Source of the DNA: Callorhinchus milii
Lineage: Eukaryota
NCBI RefSeq assembly: GCF_018977255.1
Contig: NW_024704742.1
Span: 62,684,001-62,748,000, forward strand
DNA length: 64,000 nt
Direction of reading: 5' to 3'
Part shown: positions 1 through 11,866 of the stretch, piece after piece
Position numbering within the stretch: the stretch's first letter is position 1
Layout: each line of letters begins with the position of its first letter
The notes under the pieces: generated by a model
Database searches by the model: none
What the model was told of the DNA's origin: nothing
Seen by the model: only the letters and a program-made list of their open reading frames with translations
Program-made: the position numbers and the translations under genes

Positions 1-112
1 TCCAGAATTTGTGTTGAAAGCACTGTCAGTGAATGAGGTGCATGCATGTTCCTTGAAGCAGCAACTCATATCCAAGTTGTGGAAGTCAGAGTGCTATTGA
101 CTGCTATATACA

Positions 113-560
113 ATGAGTCTCATCATTCGGGCCAGCTGGTTACATCTAGGCTTGACCACACCAACTTCCTGCTTCCCAACTCTTCCCTCCACAAGTTGTA
201 GATCATTCAGAACTCTGCAGCTTGTGTCCTCTTCCGCATCAGGCTTCATGACCCTATCACCCTCTACCCTCGGCTGGCTCTGGCCTATTCCACGTCCCCT
301 GTCTTGCCCGCCCCAATATCGGTGATTGGGCATTCCGCCTCTCTGCCCCCAGCCTTTGGAACTCCATCCACTGTCCATTCCCCTTGCTCCCTCTCTTGCC
401 TCCTTCAAAGCCCATCTCAAGATCCTCCTCTTCGACCGTGCCTTCCGTTACCCTCCTATCCCTACCTTCCCTGCCCTCCACCACTCCTGATCCCAAATTC
501 CTGCCTGTCCAGCACTCCTGACATGAAAGGTACTATACAAATGTCATTTGTTGTTGTTGA
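113..560 (+). mobile_element. L2 LINE 3' fragment (degenerate)
   Basis: Aligns by eye to 49480-50125 (CATTCAGAACTCTGCAGCT, GGAACTCCATCC); ends ...GACATGAAAGGTACTATACAAATG plus (TTG)n tail. Confidence 0.85.
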
Positions 561-1289
561 CTTATTGATTATGGTCCAATTGTTTCTAGCACACAGCTGT
601 TTCACTATTAACTTTCTAGGAAACAATTGTATTTCTAATTACATTTTTAAAAAATGTTTTAAAGGAACAAATAATAATCCTTGCATTTGATATAGCACCT
701 TTTACACTGGGAGGACGACTCAAAGTACTTCAAGAGCATTTACTGTAAAGTGTACAGGTGAACGGGGCAGATTCCCAAACAGTAACGGACTCTGTAATAT
801 AGCAGAACATGAATAGAATTTTAACTTTAACACTCTGAGTGGCTTGATCTTGATCACTCCTGACCTTGCGAGCCAAAATTTTAAATAGCCATGGTGGTTC
901 CAGACAGGTACTGTGATGCAAAGTTATCATGATGTTTTAATGTTATCTTTCAGATTACATAATGTTTGCGCAATGCACTGGCACAAATATATTTAGTTCA
1001 TGTTCTGGGTGCTGTGACTGGGAGTTCGGTGCTCTTGATCAACAAGGCTGAGCCAAGGCTTGAAAGGACAAATACAAAATTCTCTGGACTTCAGCGCTGA
1101 ACCCTGCACTGAATACAGAGAATATTTTATTATGACAGAACAGAGCCCTCTGAGGTGGTAGATTTTAAATTTTTCGAGTTTATCTCCTGGCATTGCCGCA
1201 TCTTTGTTCATCATTATTAAAGGGAATGTTTGAAAAGAACATTGAATGCTGACATGAATTCTACAGTGAAGGATGGTTGCTTGTGGGTT

Positions 1290-1790
1290 AGAAATGAAAG
1301 AGCAGTTCAGTTTCTAATCAGTACTGAGTGAACTGATCTCAGCTAGTGTGGCAGCTTCATTGGCTTCAACATACGTGTTCAGAAGGGAAAGAGAGGGGGG
1401 GAGGAGAGGGGAGAGGTCAAAGCGGGGCATAGAGGAGAGAGCAGTGGGGCAATGGTGGTGGGAAGCGGCTACAAGGGAGCAGAGGGAGGGAGGTAGTGGT
1501 GGGAAATGGTCATAGGGAAAGAGTGAAGGGGAGAGAGGCAGTAGATTGGAAGGGAGGGGAGGAGCACAGAGGGGATGGTAAGAGAATGAGGAGGTCAGAG
1601 AGAAGCAACATCAGCTGAGTTCCTGTTTTTCAGTCATATCAAGCTGGAAAATGGGCATTTATTGATGATGAGTGATAATAGAATTGTGATCCTCGGCTCC
1701 ACATAATCCAATAACGTACTTTGTCAAAGTATGCATCTGTAGAATGGTCACATGTAAGATGCCTGTGAAACCGAACTCAAGTTAATTCGA
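1290..1790 (+). mobile_element. Ancient SINE-like repeat, interrupted by a GA-rich tract at ~1385-1605
   Basis: Shares motifs (CTGAGT..CTGATCTCAGC, GAGTTCCTG, AGAATGGTCAC) with copies at 7340-7590 and 31440-31850. Family identity uncertain. Confidence 0.5.
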
Positions 1791-1797
1791 CTAGTGA

Positions 1798-2330
1798 TTA
1801 TCCTTGGGTGAGGGTAGGTAAATGGGGTCTCCTTGGAGCTGAACTGGCTCCAAGGTGACATGCCTGGCATAGAATGTCAGAATCAAGTTAATCTTCTGTG
1901 GTGGTCTTGGTGGTCTGTTTCTTGAGACAAGTCTGGAGTTCTCCAGTGTACTGCTGATAACAGACCAGTCAACCTGGTTCATCTTGGTAGACTGGTGAAT
2001 GGCACCAGGGATTCTTCCCACTTGGCATCACTTAGCTCTGCAAAATCCCTGATGGCTAGGATGGTCCTCACCAGTCAAGTAGTCTGATGGTTATCAAACA
2101 GTGCTAACAATGGCAGTTTTAGCCCAACATACCCATTGGGGGTCCCCAATCTTTGGCTCTTGGTGAGTAAAGATTTTGGGGATAATGTAATTGGGTGCCT
2201 TTTCCAGGGAGGCAGTGTGCACACAATTCCCAGCAAAGTGTTCATGATTAGGTAGTCTACATGTACAGAACTCTCAGTCTGGTTTGGATACTCTTAAGCG
2301 TAATGGATTTCCCAGTTGACAAAAACAAAA
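1798..2330 (+). mobile_element. Unclassified structured retroposon, copy A
   Basis: 1824-1863 is identical over 40 nt to 44223-44262; GGTTTGGATACTCTTAAGC at 2281; A-rich end ACAAAAACAAAA. Confidence 0.8.
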
Positions 2331-2589
2331 GTAGGATCCATTGTTTTTAAAGGAAGAGAAAATAAATCAGAAGGAAAAAAAATGAAAGAAGCTGTGAAGT
2401 TTTGTGAATATCATTTTCATGAACCTTTTCTGAAGAATTTTGATATGAAGCATATGAGATACAAAGGGAGTAAGTACAAGCATAATATATGCTTGTTGGA
2501 AATTCAAATCAATCTCTTCCATTGAGACAAACTTGCATATAACTCAACATTTGTAAAGGAAGTGGAATATCCCAAACAAGATTATTTTG

Positions 2590-2945
2590 TCAGCCTGTAT
2601 TCAGTTGGTAGCACTCTCGCCTTTGAATCAGAAGATTGTGCGGTCAAGCTCAATATCGGATTCTTGAGCTAAAAGTCTGGGTTGATGCTCTAATGTAGTG
2701 TTGGGGAAATGTTGCATTGTCAGAGATGCCATTCTTTGGCTGAGATGTTAAAGTAGGTCCCGTATGCCTGTTCTGATGGGCGTTAAAGATCACATGGTAC
2801 TAGTCAAAAAGAGAAGTAAGTTTCTTCTGGTGTCCTGGTCAATAATCACTGAGACAAAATTGGTCATTCACTTCATGGTGGTTTGTGGGACAATGCTGTG
2901 TGCAAATTGACTACTTGTGTTTGCCTGCAAAATACATTACAGTAA
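2590..2945 (+). mobile_element. Deu-domain tRNA-SINE (SacSINE1/AmnSINE1-like)
   Basis: tRNA-like head TCAGTTGGTAGCACTCTCGCC; body GTTAAAGATCACATGG; Deu-like GTTTGTGGGACAATGCTGTGTGCAAATTG. Confidence 0.75.
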
Positions 2946-3957
2946 TTCCAGAAACATCTTAACAACATGATACCACTCATGCAGAAGCATGTCTCTGTGT
3001 GCATTGATGCATCTTTGAGAATGGGATGTGCACACATGAGATGAAGAGGTTTTGAATTAGGTTAAGCTTGAATATTCACTGAGGTTAACATCCTAATATA
3101 GGTTCCTTAATATGCCTCAGCTCCAGGAATTTTGTACAATTCTTGTATGAAGGCTGTGTGGCCAAACCAGGACCACAATGTAGGATCAAAAGCTGTCTCA
3201 ATGGCTGGACTAGGTGACTTTTAGATAAACCTCTTTTAATGAAATCGGGGAGTGGGTGGGGGATTCACTCCAGCTGTTGAGCAGTTGTTGAGCAAATCGT
3301 CACCATTTGTGACAATTGTCGGCGAATTCTCACGTATCACATATTGCATTTTCACCCCTATATCTTTTAACAGTAATCTTCTCTGTGATAGAATTATAGG
3401 CATCCATCTGTCTTTCTCGGCAATGTAATAGTGGACTTGTTAAAATTTCTAGTTGTTTGCACATCTCTATCTTTTTCTGACAGTTATGCATTGGGAATAT
3501 GTCTGCCTCTCCCAACAGTCTATTGTTGAGCACGTGTCAGTTTTAATTTGAGGCCTTTATCTGTCTTCTCTGGCAGTCTTCTAGTGGCTACCTGGTAGTA
3601 TTCCCAGGTGGTGGACTGATGTCTGTCTATACTGGCAGTTTTATATAATTTTTCCCCCTTATCAATAAATAATTCTTGCACTTGATATATGCACCAATAA
3701 CATTGAAACATCTCACAGGTGATTCCTGGATGTGAATGCTGCAACCAATTTGCATACAATAAAAATTTCTCTATAACAGCCATGAAGTAAATGACACCAT
3801 GGGAATCTCCCTTCTCTTGTCAAATAGTACCAGGGTATCTGTAACATCCACCTGAATGACAGATAAGGCCTCAGTTTTTAATGTCTCATCTGACAATGCA
3901 GCCACTTCCCCAGTGTCACAGTGAGGTGCTAGGCTTGACTAAATTTAAATCTACATG

Positions 3958-4287
3958 TAATAATAATCTTTCATAATAATCCTTACATTTGGTATAGCAC
4001 CTTTCATGTCAGTAGGATGTCCCAAAGTGCTTCTCAGGACATACTGTAAGCTAGAGTGACCATGTGTTTTGTAGGCAAATGTAGTAGCCAATTTACACAC
4101 AGCAATGTCACACAAACGGCAATGAAGTGAATGACCAATTTTATTTGGAGGATTGTTGGCCAGGACACTGGGACAAATTCTCTGCTCTTTTCGAATAGTG
4201 CTCTGGGATTATAATTGTAAGTATATATTGGATTTGAACCTACAATCTTCTGAACTAAAGGTGTGAGTGCTACCAATTGAGCCAAAA
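3958..4287 (-). mobile_element. Deu-domain SINE, internally deleted
   Basis: Reverse-strand head (AGTGCTACCAATTGAGCCA), Deu motif (GCCAATTTACACACAGCAATGTCACACAAAC), L2-like tail with (TAA)n. Confidence 0.7.
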
Positions 4288-4779
4288 TGAATACTTCACC
4301 AGCAATCCAGTGGTGACCATTGCTGGTTGTCTGTCTTTCCAAGTGATATAGAAGTGGGCATGTAACTATATTCCTTAATATTCCGATAGTGGGTATCAAT
4401 CTACTTCTGCTGTGATTATGAGCCTGTCTTGTCTTGCAAGTGATGATAGTTATGATTTCAACCTTTCTTGGCAGTCTAATGGTAGACATATGCTTAAAAT
4501 TCCTAGCACTTCAGTAGTGCTCATGCTTGTGTTTCGCTTTCCTGGTGGGCATCCTTCTGTCTTTCTTGGCAGCCGAACAGTAGCCATGCAGCTCTCTTTC
4601 CTGACTGTGGGTGCATGAATTTGCCTTTTTTGAAAGTCTAGTTGTAACTGTGCACCTACACTCTCCACAGTCTATGCAGCTCAGGATACATTGTAAATTC
4701 CTTGGCAGCCAAGGGAAAGACGGATCTAACATGCGTACAACTTAAACTTGTTGTATGCCTACAGCTGCCACACAAAATA

Positions 4780-5125
4780 ATTGTATCTTTAAAATTATGG
4801 AGAGGGGGTTCAATAGAGTCGACAGGGAGAAATTATTTCCACTGGTTGGTGAGTCAATGTCTACATTATTTAGAATCATTGACAAAGGAGTAAAGAGGAT
4901 AATTTGGAGTTTTTTTTTACACAGAGGTTTGTTAGGATGTAGAATGCCCTTCTGGTAGTTGAGGCAGGATCCATATTGGCTTTCAAGAGGGAACTAGAGA
5001 GATAATTAAAAATAGTCATTTGCAGAGGTATAGGGAAAAGTTAATGGGACTGAATATATTGCTTTTTCCAGCACACAAACGATTGACCAAATTACCCTAT
5101 TCTGTGCTCTATATTTCTATTGTAT
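4780..5125 (+). mobile_element. CR1 LINE 3' fragment
   Basis: Translates to FKIMERGFNRVDREKLFPLVGES (CR1 ORF2 C-terminus, cf. 27640-27710); ends TTCTGTGCT..ATTTCTAT. Confidence 0.8.
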
Positions 5126-5373
5126 GCTTTATTGGCCGAAAGGCCACAGATGTTCACTCCAGTGTGGCTTGTTTTTCAGGTCTGAGGTATTTTGGGGGGG
5201 ATCATTCCTCCTGCAGGGATCACACCTGCTTATGGGAGAAGAACTGACAGAAGTCATGAAGACTTTTGTGGATGGGTACAGGAAATTGCATCCTAGGGGA
5301 GGATGAATATGTATTAGTAAGTGGATTGAGAGGGAAAAAGATATAAAATTCCTAATAGGATCTATTAGGAATT

Positions 5374-5696
5374 TGTGGAGTCCTGTAGCTCAGTGGTTAG
5401 AGCACTCGCTTTGCAAGCGAGAGACCTGAGTTCAATTCCAGGCAGGGCGAAACCTTGGGCAAGTTTCCTTACTCCACACGCCTAATAATAATCCCTCCCA
5501 AAAAACAAAACAATAATAAATTGGTCATTTTCAATCCATGACTGTTTGTGGGACATTGCTGTGCGCAATTGGCTGCCGCTTTCACCCACAAATATACAGT
5601 CAATTCACTTTACAGTGTGTTCTGTGAAGCGCTTTGGGACGTCCTCCCGACATGAAAAGCGCTATATCAAATGCAAGGATTATTATTATTATTATT
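5374..5696 (+). mobile_element. tRNA-derived SINE, short form (tRNA head, partial Deu domain, L2 tail)
   Basis: A box TAGCTCAGTGG, B box GTTCAATTCC, anticodon-like arm CTCGC-TTTGCAA-GCGAG; Deu motif; tail GCGCTTTGGGACGTCCTCCCGACATGAAAAGCGCTATA plus (ATT)n. Confidence 0.93.
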
Positions 5697-6190
5697 GAAA
5701 GAAACAATGAAACAAAAAATGAGAACTTCAAACAATGCAAAGATGATTGATAGTTAGCCCTGTTTCGGCAACATGTTCAATATGTTTTTTTGTTGGAAGG
5801 TATAGTTATTGAATGAAATTGTGTTTTAATGAGTGTGGGTATCCTACTGAAACAGTGGTGAAGTCCATTGGTACCACAAAAAATCATGTGCCTTAGATCT
5901 TCAATTATAGTTCAGCGATGCCAATGAGCAGCTTTCATTTGAAGCTGGATTTCATTATGGAAGAAATAATATGAAAATAAAACTGATTTAGTTTCCCGCT
6001 GTGATACTTTAATGAGTTATTTAATCAATTTACAATGACATGTTTCACCAGTAACAGGATTATAATAATAGAATATTCAGACTTAAACTTAATAAACTGC
6101 AGATGTTATTTTAGATTGCCCTACAAGTGGGAAGGACGCCAATTGTTTTTCTCTATTGAAGTATGCTACAATCATCCTCCGAGATGGTAG

Positions 6191-6570
6191 ACAACAACAA
6201 CAAGATTACATATGTATAGCGCCTTTAACGTCGGGAGGACTTCCTAAGCGCTGGACAGAATACAGCATTTCAGACCCGAGCTGGAGTCTGGGGAAGGGGT
6301 GGCATGGGGAGGGAGAGGAAGGGGGCTGGTCATTGGCCTGGTCAAAGAGGAGGGTCTTGAGGTGGGACTTGAAGGAGGCTAAGGAGGGGGCGAGGTGGAA
6401 TGACTGGGGGATGGAATTCCAGAGGTTGGGAGCAGAGTGGGTGAAGGCTCTCCTGCCAATAGTGTGGTGGGTGGGTCGGGGGACGTGGAATAGACCAGAG
6501 CCAGCTGAGTGGAGAGAATGGGTGGGTTGGTAGGGGGGTTAGATGTGGACGGAGGAGATGGTTTGTGGTA
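6191..6570 (-). mobile_element. L2 LINE 3' fragment
   Basis: (CAA)n followed by reverse complement of the L2 3' UTR (GGGGATGGAATTCCAGAG, GGGGACGTGGA). Confidence 0.85.
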
Positions 6571-6620
6571 GAAAAGAGAAGCCTGGGGTTGTCCTTTGCC
6601 TCCAAGATATAACTTGTGAC

Positions 6621-7067
6621 AATAATAATAATAATACTTGCATTGGATATAATGCCTTATCGCTTTGAAGCGCTTTGGGACGTCTAGAAGACGTGAAAAG
6701 CGCTATATCAAATGCAAGGATTATTATTATTATTATCACATTGTCGAGACATCTCAAAGTACTTCATGGAACATACTGTAAAGTGAATTGACTGTATATT
6801 TTGTGGGTAAAATGCGGCAGCCAAATGCACACAGCAGTGTCCCACAGAGAGTAGTGGATTGAGTGAACAAATGATTATTTATTTTTATTTTTTACCCTAG
6901 GAAAGCGATCTGACAATTGACTAACGGCCGGGTTCCTACTTACTGCTCAGTAAACAGAGGCGTGTGGAGTAAGTAAACTTGCCTAAGGTTTCGCCCTGCC
7001 TCGGAATCGAACCCGGGTCCTCTCGCTTGCAAGGTGAGTGTTCTAACTACTAAGCTACAGGACTCCA
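6621..7067 (-). mobile_element. tRNA-derived SINE, long form, with a plus-strand SINE tail nested at 6662-6732
   Basis: Reverse head ...AAGCTACAGGACTCCA; extra segment GTAAACAGAGGCGTGTGGAG; nested tail flanked by TTATC at 6657-6661 and 6733-6737. Confidence 0.88.
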
Positions 7068-7152
7068 ACAGCAATTCGCATTTTAAAGGGGACTTTGATC
7101 TCATCTTATCTGACGACTTAGTTGGTAAATGAAGTGTCAGGTATGACACTTA

Positions 7153-7312
7153 TTTTTTGTTTGCTTTTGTTAGCCACAGATGGAAACTCATCAGCGAGTT
7201 TAAGAATATCCAAACCAGTCTATGAGTTCCACATTTGGATATCACCTACGCATGGAAATGTCCCTTTGTCTGGAATGGCGCATGCACTCTCTCCCCAGAG
7301 GGATGCCCATCT
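7153..7312 (-). mobile_element. Unclassified structured retroposon, copy B (3' part)
   Basis: TTAAGAATATCCAAACCAG matches the reverse complement of the GGTTTGGATACTCTTAA motif; T-rich run 7153-7170 is the A-rich tail. Confidence 0.7.
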
Positions 7313-7339
7313 AAGATAAGATGTTCTTAGACTGGCAGA

Positions 7340-7590
7340 CAAGGCACTGTAATTGATTTGATTGTCTCTGGGACAGAGGAAAGCAGAATAACTCAGAGTT
7401 CCTGTCGCTGAGTTATTCTGCTTTTCGCTACCCCAGAGACATTGAAATGCTATTGAGTGACTGTGCTGCAAAGGTTTTGAGTGAGGACAAACTCAAGCTC
7501 AGTGGTGAGGCTTGCATGGTTACAGATATTCGCTGTCTAGACTCATACATGTAGGATGGCCACATGGGTGAGTCACTGAAGAAGTGCTAG
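7340..7590 (+). mobile_element. Ancient SINE-like repeat containing a long hairpin
   Basis: GAGTGAGGACA and CTGTCTAGACTCATACATGTAGGATGGCCACATGGGTGAG resemble 31440-31850 and 1600-1790. Confidence 0.55.
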
Positions 7591-8560
7591 AGTAGATCAG
7601 AAGGGAGGAAAAGTGGATTCTCTTAAAATAATCCAATTTCAAATCAATGAAATCAAATTAAATCAAGTCAAATCATTAAGCTTGGTAAAAGTTGTACAGT
7701 CGACAACAAATGCTAAAAATATAAACAATTTTTTTACAAATGCTTGTAATAATAATCCTTGCCTTTCACATCAGGAAGCCTTAAAACACAGGATTTACTG
7801 TAAAATGCAATGACTGGCAACGCAAATACGGCAGCCAATTTGTGCACAGCAATGTCCAACAAACAGCCACGAAGTCAGTGATCACTTGTATCTGTCACTT
7901 CAACCTCTAAATATACCGTAGAGGTTATTTCAGCCCTCCCCACTGCCCGCTGAAGAGAAAGATCCCAGATGATTCTCCCCTTTGGATTGAGCTACAATGA
8001 TCATTCCACACCTCAGACAGCCTATGACTGATCGTTTGTTTAGAAATTCATGAAAGCCTTACCCCCAATGTAGGCAAAGAACATTTTGTGACCTGAGTTT
8101 TGCTAATGGTCCTTGCCTTTCTTGACTGAGAAGTGCCTGAAAAATCTATTCAAAGGCCACAAAGTAGTTTTCATTAGAAAAATCTGATCGAAGGCCACAC
8201 TTGCAGCTGTAAAACAGCTTTTGCCAGCATGTTGGAGTGTGATCTCTTCCCCATCACCCCCCCACCAGTCATTATTTCGGTAAACCCCGTCATTTTGCTA
8301 AATCCTGCTCAATGCAAAGAGTTAGTCTGCATTTTAGATTCCAGCATAATTAAGATTTTAAGAGCAGTTGGATGTTAAATATCAGTTACGTTGGATCCTC
8401 AGGAAGCTTTGAAAACATACTGTTACATGAGAATTCAAGCATATGGAGTGCTTCTTATGGTACACTAAAGAAAGGTAAGAAGAGCAGGGAATGAGGCCTG
8501 GTGGGGCTTTTGTGCATAGTTTCGGAAACAGCAGCAAGTAAATACCGTCTCTTCAGTCAC

Positions 8561-8576
8561 CTACCAGATGGCACTG
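8561..8576 (+). promoter_or_regulatory. CTCF-like motif
   Basis: CTACCAGATGGCACTG versus consensus CCASYAGRKGGCRS (one mismatch). Motif match only. Confidence 0.3.
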
Positions 8577-8809
8577 CCTCTCAAAGCGCATGAGTAGTTA
8601 AACCTACCACCAGTTACAGCATAATCTTTTACTCTGGGAGAGATGTTTTAGACCACACTTCACCAGTAATGAAACAGGACCCTTGAGACCTCATCATTTT
8701 ATGTGATGCCATGAAGACGGAGTAAGGGAACTGAATTGTGAACCTCAGGGACCTATTCAATAAAATAGAATCTGCCCTTCAAATTGCATTAATAATAAAA
8801 ATAAGTAGA

Positions 8810-9220
8810 ATATTAATCCTTGCATTTGATATAGAATCTTTCACAATGGGGGGGGGATGTATCAAAGCACTTCACAGGAGTTGCTCTATAATGACTGTGC
8901 AATTTGTAGGCAAATGTGGCAACCAATTTGCACATAGCTATATCCCACAATCAGCCATGAAGCAAATGGCCAATTTTATATGATGGATTGTTGGTCTTCT
9001 CTTTTCAATAGTGCAAAGGGATCTTTAACGTCCACCTGAACAGGCAGAAGAGAACTCGGTTTACAGCTGATCTGAATGACAACACCTCCAACAATGCAGC
9101 TTTCCCCAGCACTGCACTGGAGAGCTAGGCTATTGGACTTCAAAGTCTCGATGTGAGGATGGAACTCATAACCTTCTGACTCAAAGGCTAGAATGCTACC
9201 AACTGAGCCACATTGACACC
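8810..9220 (-). mobile_element. Deu-domain tRNA-SINE, near full length
   Basis: Reverse head GCTACCAACTGAGCCAC, GGGATCTTTAACGTCCACCTGAACAGGCAGA, Deu motif and L2-like tail. Confidence 0.82.
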
Positions 9221-9959
9221 ACTCCACAAGTGGAAAAATACCCCTGTATTCACTTGTGGTTCTATTTGAAATATCCTACCATACCTTTCAATGTCCAGTT
9301 TTCAAAAATTATTTGATTTTAAAATATAAGTAAAAAGACATGCTTCTTTGTATATTTTTGTCAATGGAATCATTGGATTTGCAGGAAGCTTGGGAAACTT
9401 GTGTCAGCCTAGTAAGCCAGAGTGCTGGACTCATTGAAGGAACCGCTTGATGCTGTGATGGGAGGATGGTATGTAGGGTGGGTTGTAGAGTGATGGTATC
9501 ATCACAATGATCAAAAGACCTCCTTCTAAAACTCAGTGATTTTGTGAACTCCATCAAGACCTACCTCTTTGACCACAATTGCATCACCTTTCCTCTCCCC
9601 ATCTTTTGGCTCTCTCCTAGCTCAGGATTATTATGTGCCTGGAACGTCCTCCTAGTGTGAAAGGTGCTATATATATTGTATGTGAATTAGTATTCTATTG
9701 CCAATGTTCAACCATTCTCTTGATGTATTTATGATAGAGGTGGTGGTGGGAAAAAAATAGCAATATTTGATGTGATAACTATCACCAATGATTCACTGGA
9801 GTATTAAAGACCTCATACTCCCCCCACTGAATATTCTGGTTTCTTCACGATTTGTGACATTCCTGTCTCAGTGAAAGCACACTTTAGTTTAAATGTAACT
9901 GGGTATGAAACATCACACTACACTCTCATTCACCTTTGTTCCTGCAAACGAAAGTACAT

Positions 9960-10910
9960 TGTTACATGTTCCCTCTTGGCAATCTCATCCATAGACATGG
10001 GGTCAACTTCCACATGTATGCGGTTGACACCCAAATCTACTTCTCCTCCTCCAGCTGCGACTCCCAGTCCATTGATGTCCTGTCAGCTTGCCCGAGGGAC
10101 ATCAAGGCCTGGATGAATGGAAATTTCTTGCAGATGAATGTCAGCAAGACAGAAGCTGTACTCTTTGGCTGCCTTCAACGTATTCTCTCCTGCAGGTCTG
10201 GATTTCTCAACTTCTCCAAGCTCCGCCGTGAGACTCACCGAACCTGCGCGCACCTTAAGGGGTCCCCGGCTTTCCTTTCTAACCCACATTCATTCACTGA
10301 CCAGGACCAATGCTTTCCACCTCCACCACATTGCCCGTCTCCGTCCGTACCTCACAACCAAAGCAGCCAAAGCAGCATGCCTTCATCACTTCCTGGCTGG
10401 ACTATTCCAATGCCCTCCTCTGTGGTCTCCCCAGCACCACCATACACAAAAATCCAATAAATTCAAAACTCCACTGCCCGGAACTCACCTGCACAAAACT
10501 CCATACCCCATCACACCAGTCTTTGCCAGGCTCCACTGGCTCCCAACTACCGACCAGATCAATTTCAAGATCCTCTCACTCGTTTTTAAATTCTTTCATG
10601 CCCTCGCACCTCCCACTCCACCACTCACTGCCTTGGCTCCGTCGTCCTGTTTGTCCCTTATCTCCTCCACTCGATGGCTGGGCCTTCAGCCACTACACCC
10701 TAAAACTCTGGAACTCTCTCCTTCAATCCCTCCATGTTGCCCCCTCCCTCCCCACTTTCAAATCCCACCTAAAGACCTTCCTTTTTGATCATGCTTACAG
10801 TCTCCTCACCCCTCCCTCTCCCCCTGGTTCACGGTAAGACTCCACCACTGTCAAGAGTTCCAGGATGCTACCCCACGTGAAGGGCGGTATATAAATGCAA
10901 GTTGTTGTTG
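9960..10910 (+). pseudogene. 5'-truncated L2 LINE (RT C-terminal part and 3' UTR), frameshifted
   Basis: ORF pieces [16 protein letters not shown] (YADD degenerate), HAFITSWLDYSNALL, LHWLP; (TTG)n tail at ~10900. Confidence 0.9.
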
Positions 10911-11814
10911 CTCAGAAGGAGATTTTCGCGAAAAAAAATGCAACTCTCGCGCAGTTTGCAAGGGATTTTGGTGAGCGATTTTTTTTAGTATTATCGTTTA
11001 TTTATATAACTGAGGTGAAGCGGGATCAGATTAAAAAAGAACATACACAAATGTGGAGGTCAAGTGATTATGGGATAAAGCGGTCACATCGAGGAACGTT
11101 CTACAGCACAGTTAATCTATGGTGAACCAAGACAGCGGCTTAAAAGAAACAACAGCCCCCAATACAAAGAGCATGGCAGATGCAGGAAAGTGGGTGAAAT
11201 GTTAACCTTTAGCAGAAAATACATTTGCACTCAAAATTGCCGCTTTTTTCCATATCTTAGGGATGTGAAATAACGATTAATACAATGAAAACCTTGTACT
11301 TAATTTTGAGGAAACAACATTGCAATATCCCTTAGCACATTTCATTCTTTGTTTAAAGCATCAAACTAAAATGTATTTTGAAATACATTCCCCCAACACA
11401 CACCCCCCTCCCCACACACACACGTGGAGAACAAAGGTTTCATTCAAACCCGGCTGAAATCCTTGGTCCGCTATCTTGGAATTCCAAGTTAGAGCGCAAT
11501 ATTTTTGACCATCGAAAATCAGCTTCCTGATTCTATTCTTAATATTGTCTTAGCGTCATCTGAGTTAGGGCAGTATTAGTTGACCAATGCTAGGGAGACA
11601 GTTTTTCGTACTTGCAAAAATCATAGGACTCACTGAAACCTTTGGACCAAACCAGAAATAATAATTGATGACACTGTTATGCATTCCTGTTTTTTGTTGA
11701 TGTTGAATCTGTGGATCAGGATTAAAGATACAGGGCCACCCCTGTTGTAACACACTATCTTAGCTCCAAATAATTGGACACCGGGTATAATGGGTCTCCA
11801 CACGCACAAAAAAA

Positions 11815-11866
11815 AGCCAATGGTCCTGCTTTGGGGCGTCAGATTACTGTTGACGTCACTTCCTGT
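11815..11866. promoter_or_regulatory. CCAAT box plus overlapping CRE/ETS site
   Basis: AGCCAAT at 11815-11821; TGACGTCA (11851-11858) fused to CTTCCTG, i.e. CAGGAAGTGACGTCA on minus; lies in sequence without recognisable repeats. Confidence 0.4.

Noticed and set aside
5377..5452. tRNA gene (cloverleaf with TGC anticodon-like loop)
   Set aside because: Runs straight into a SINE body and tail, and recurs in many diverged copies; it is a SINE head.
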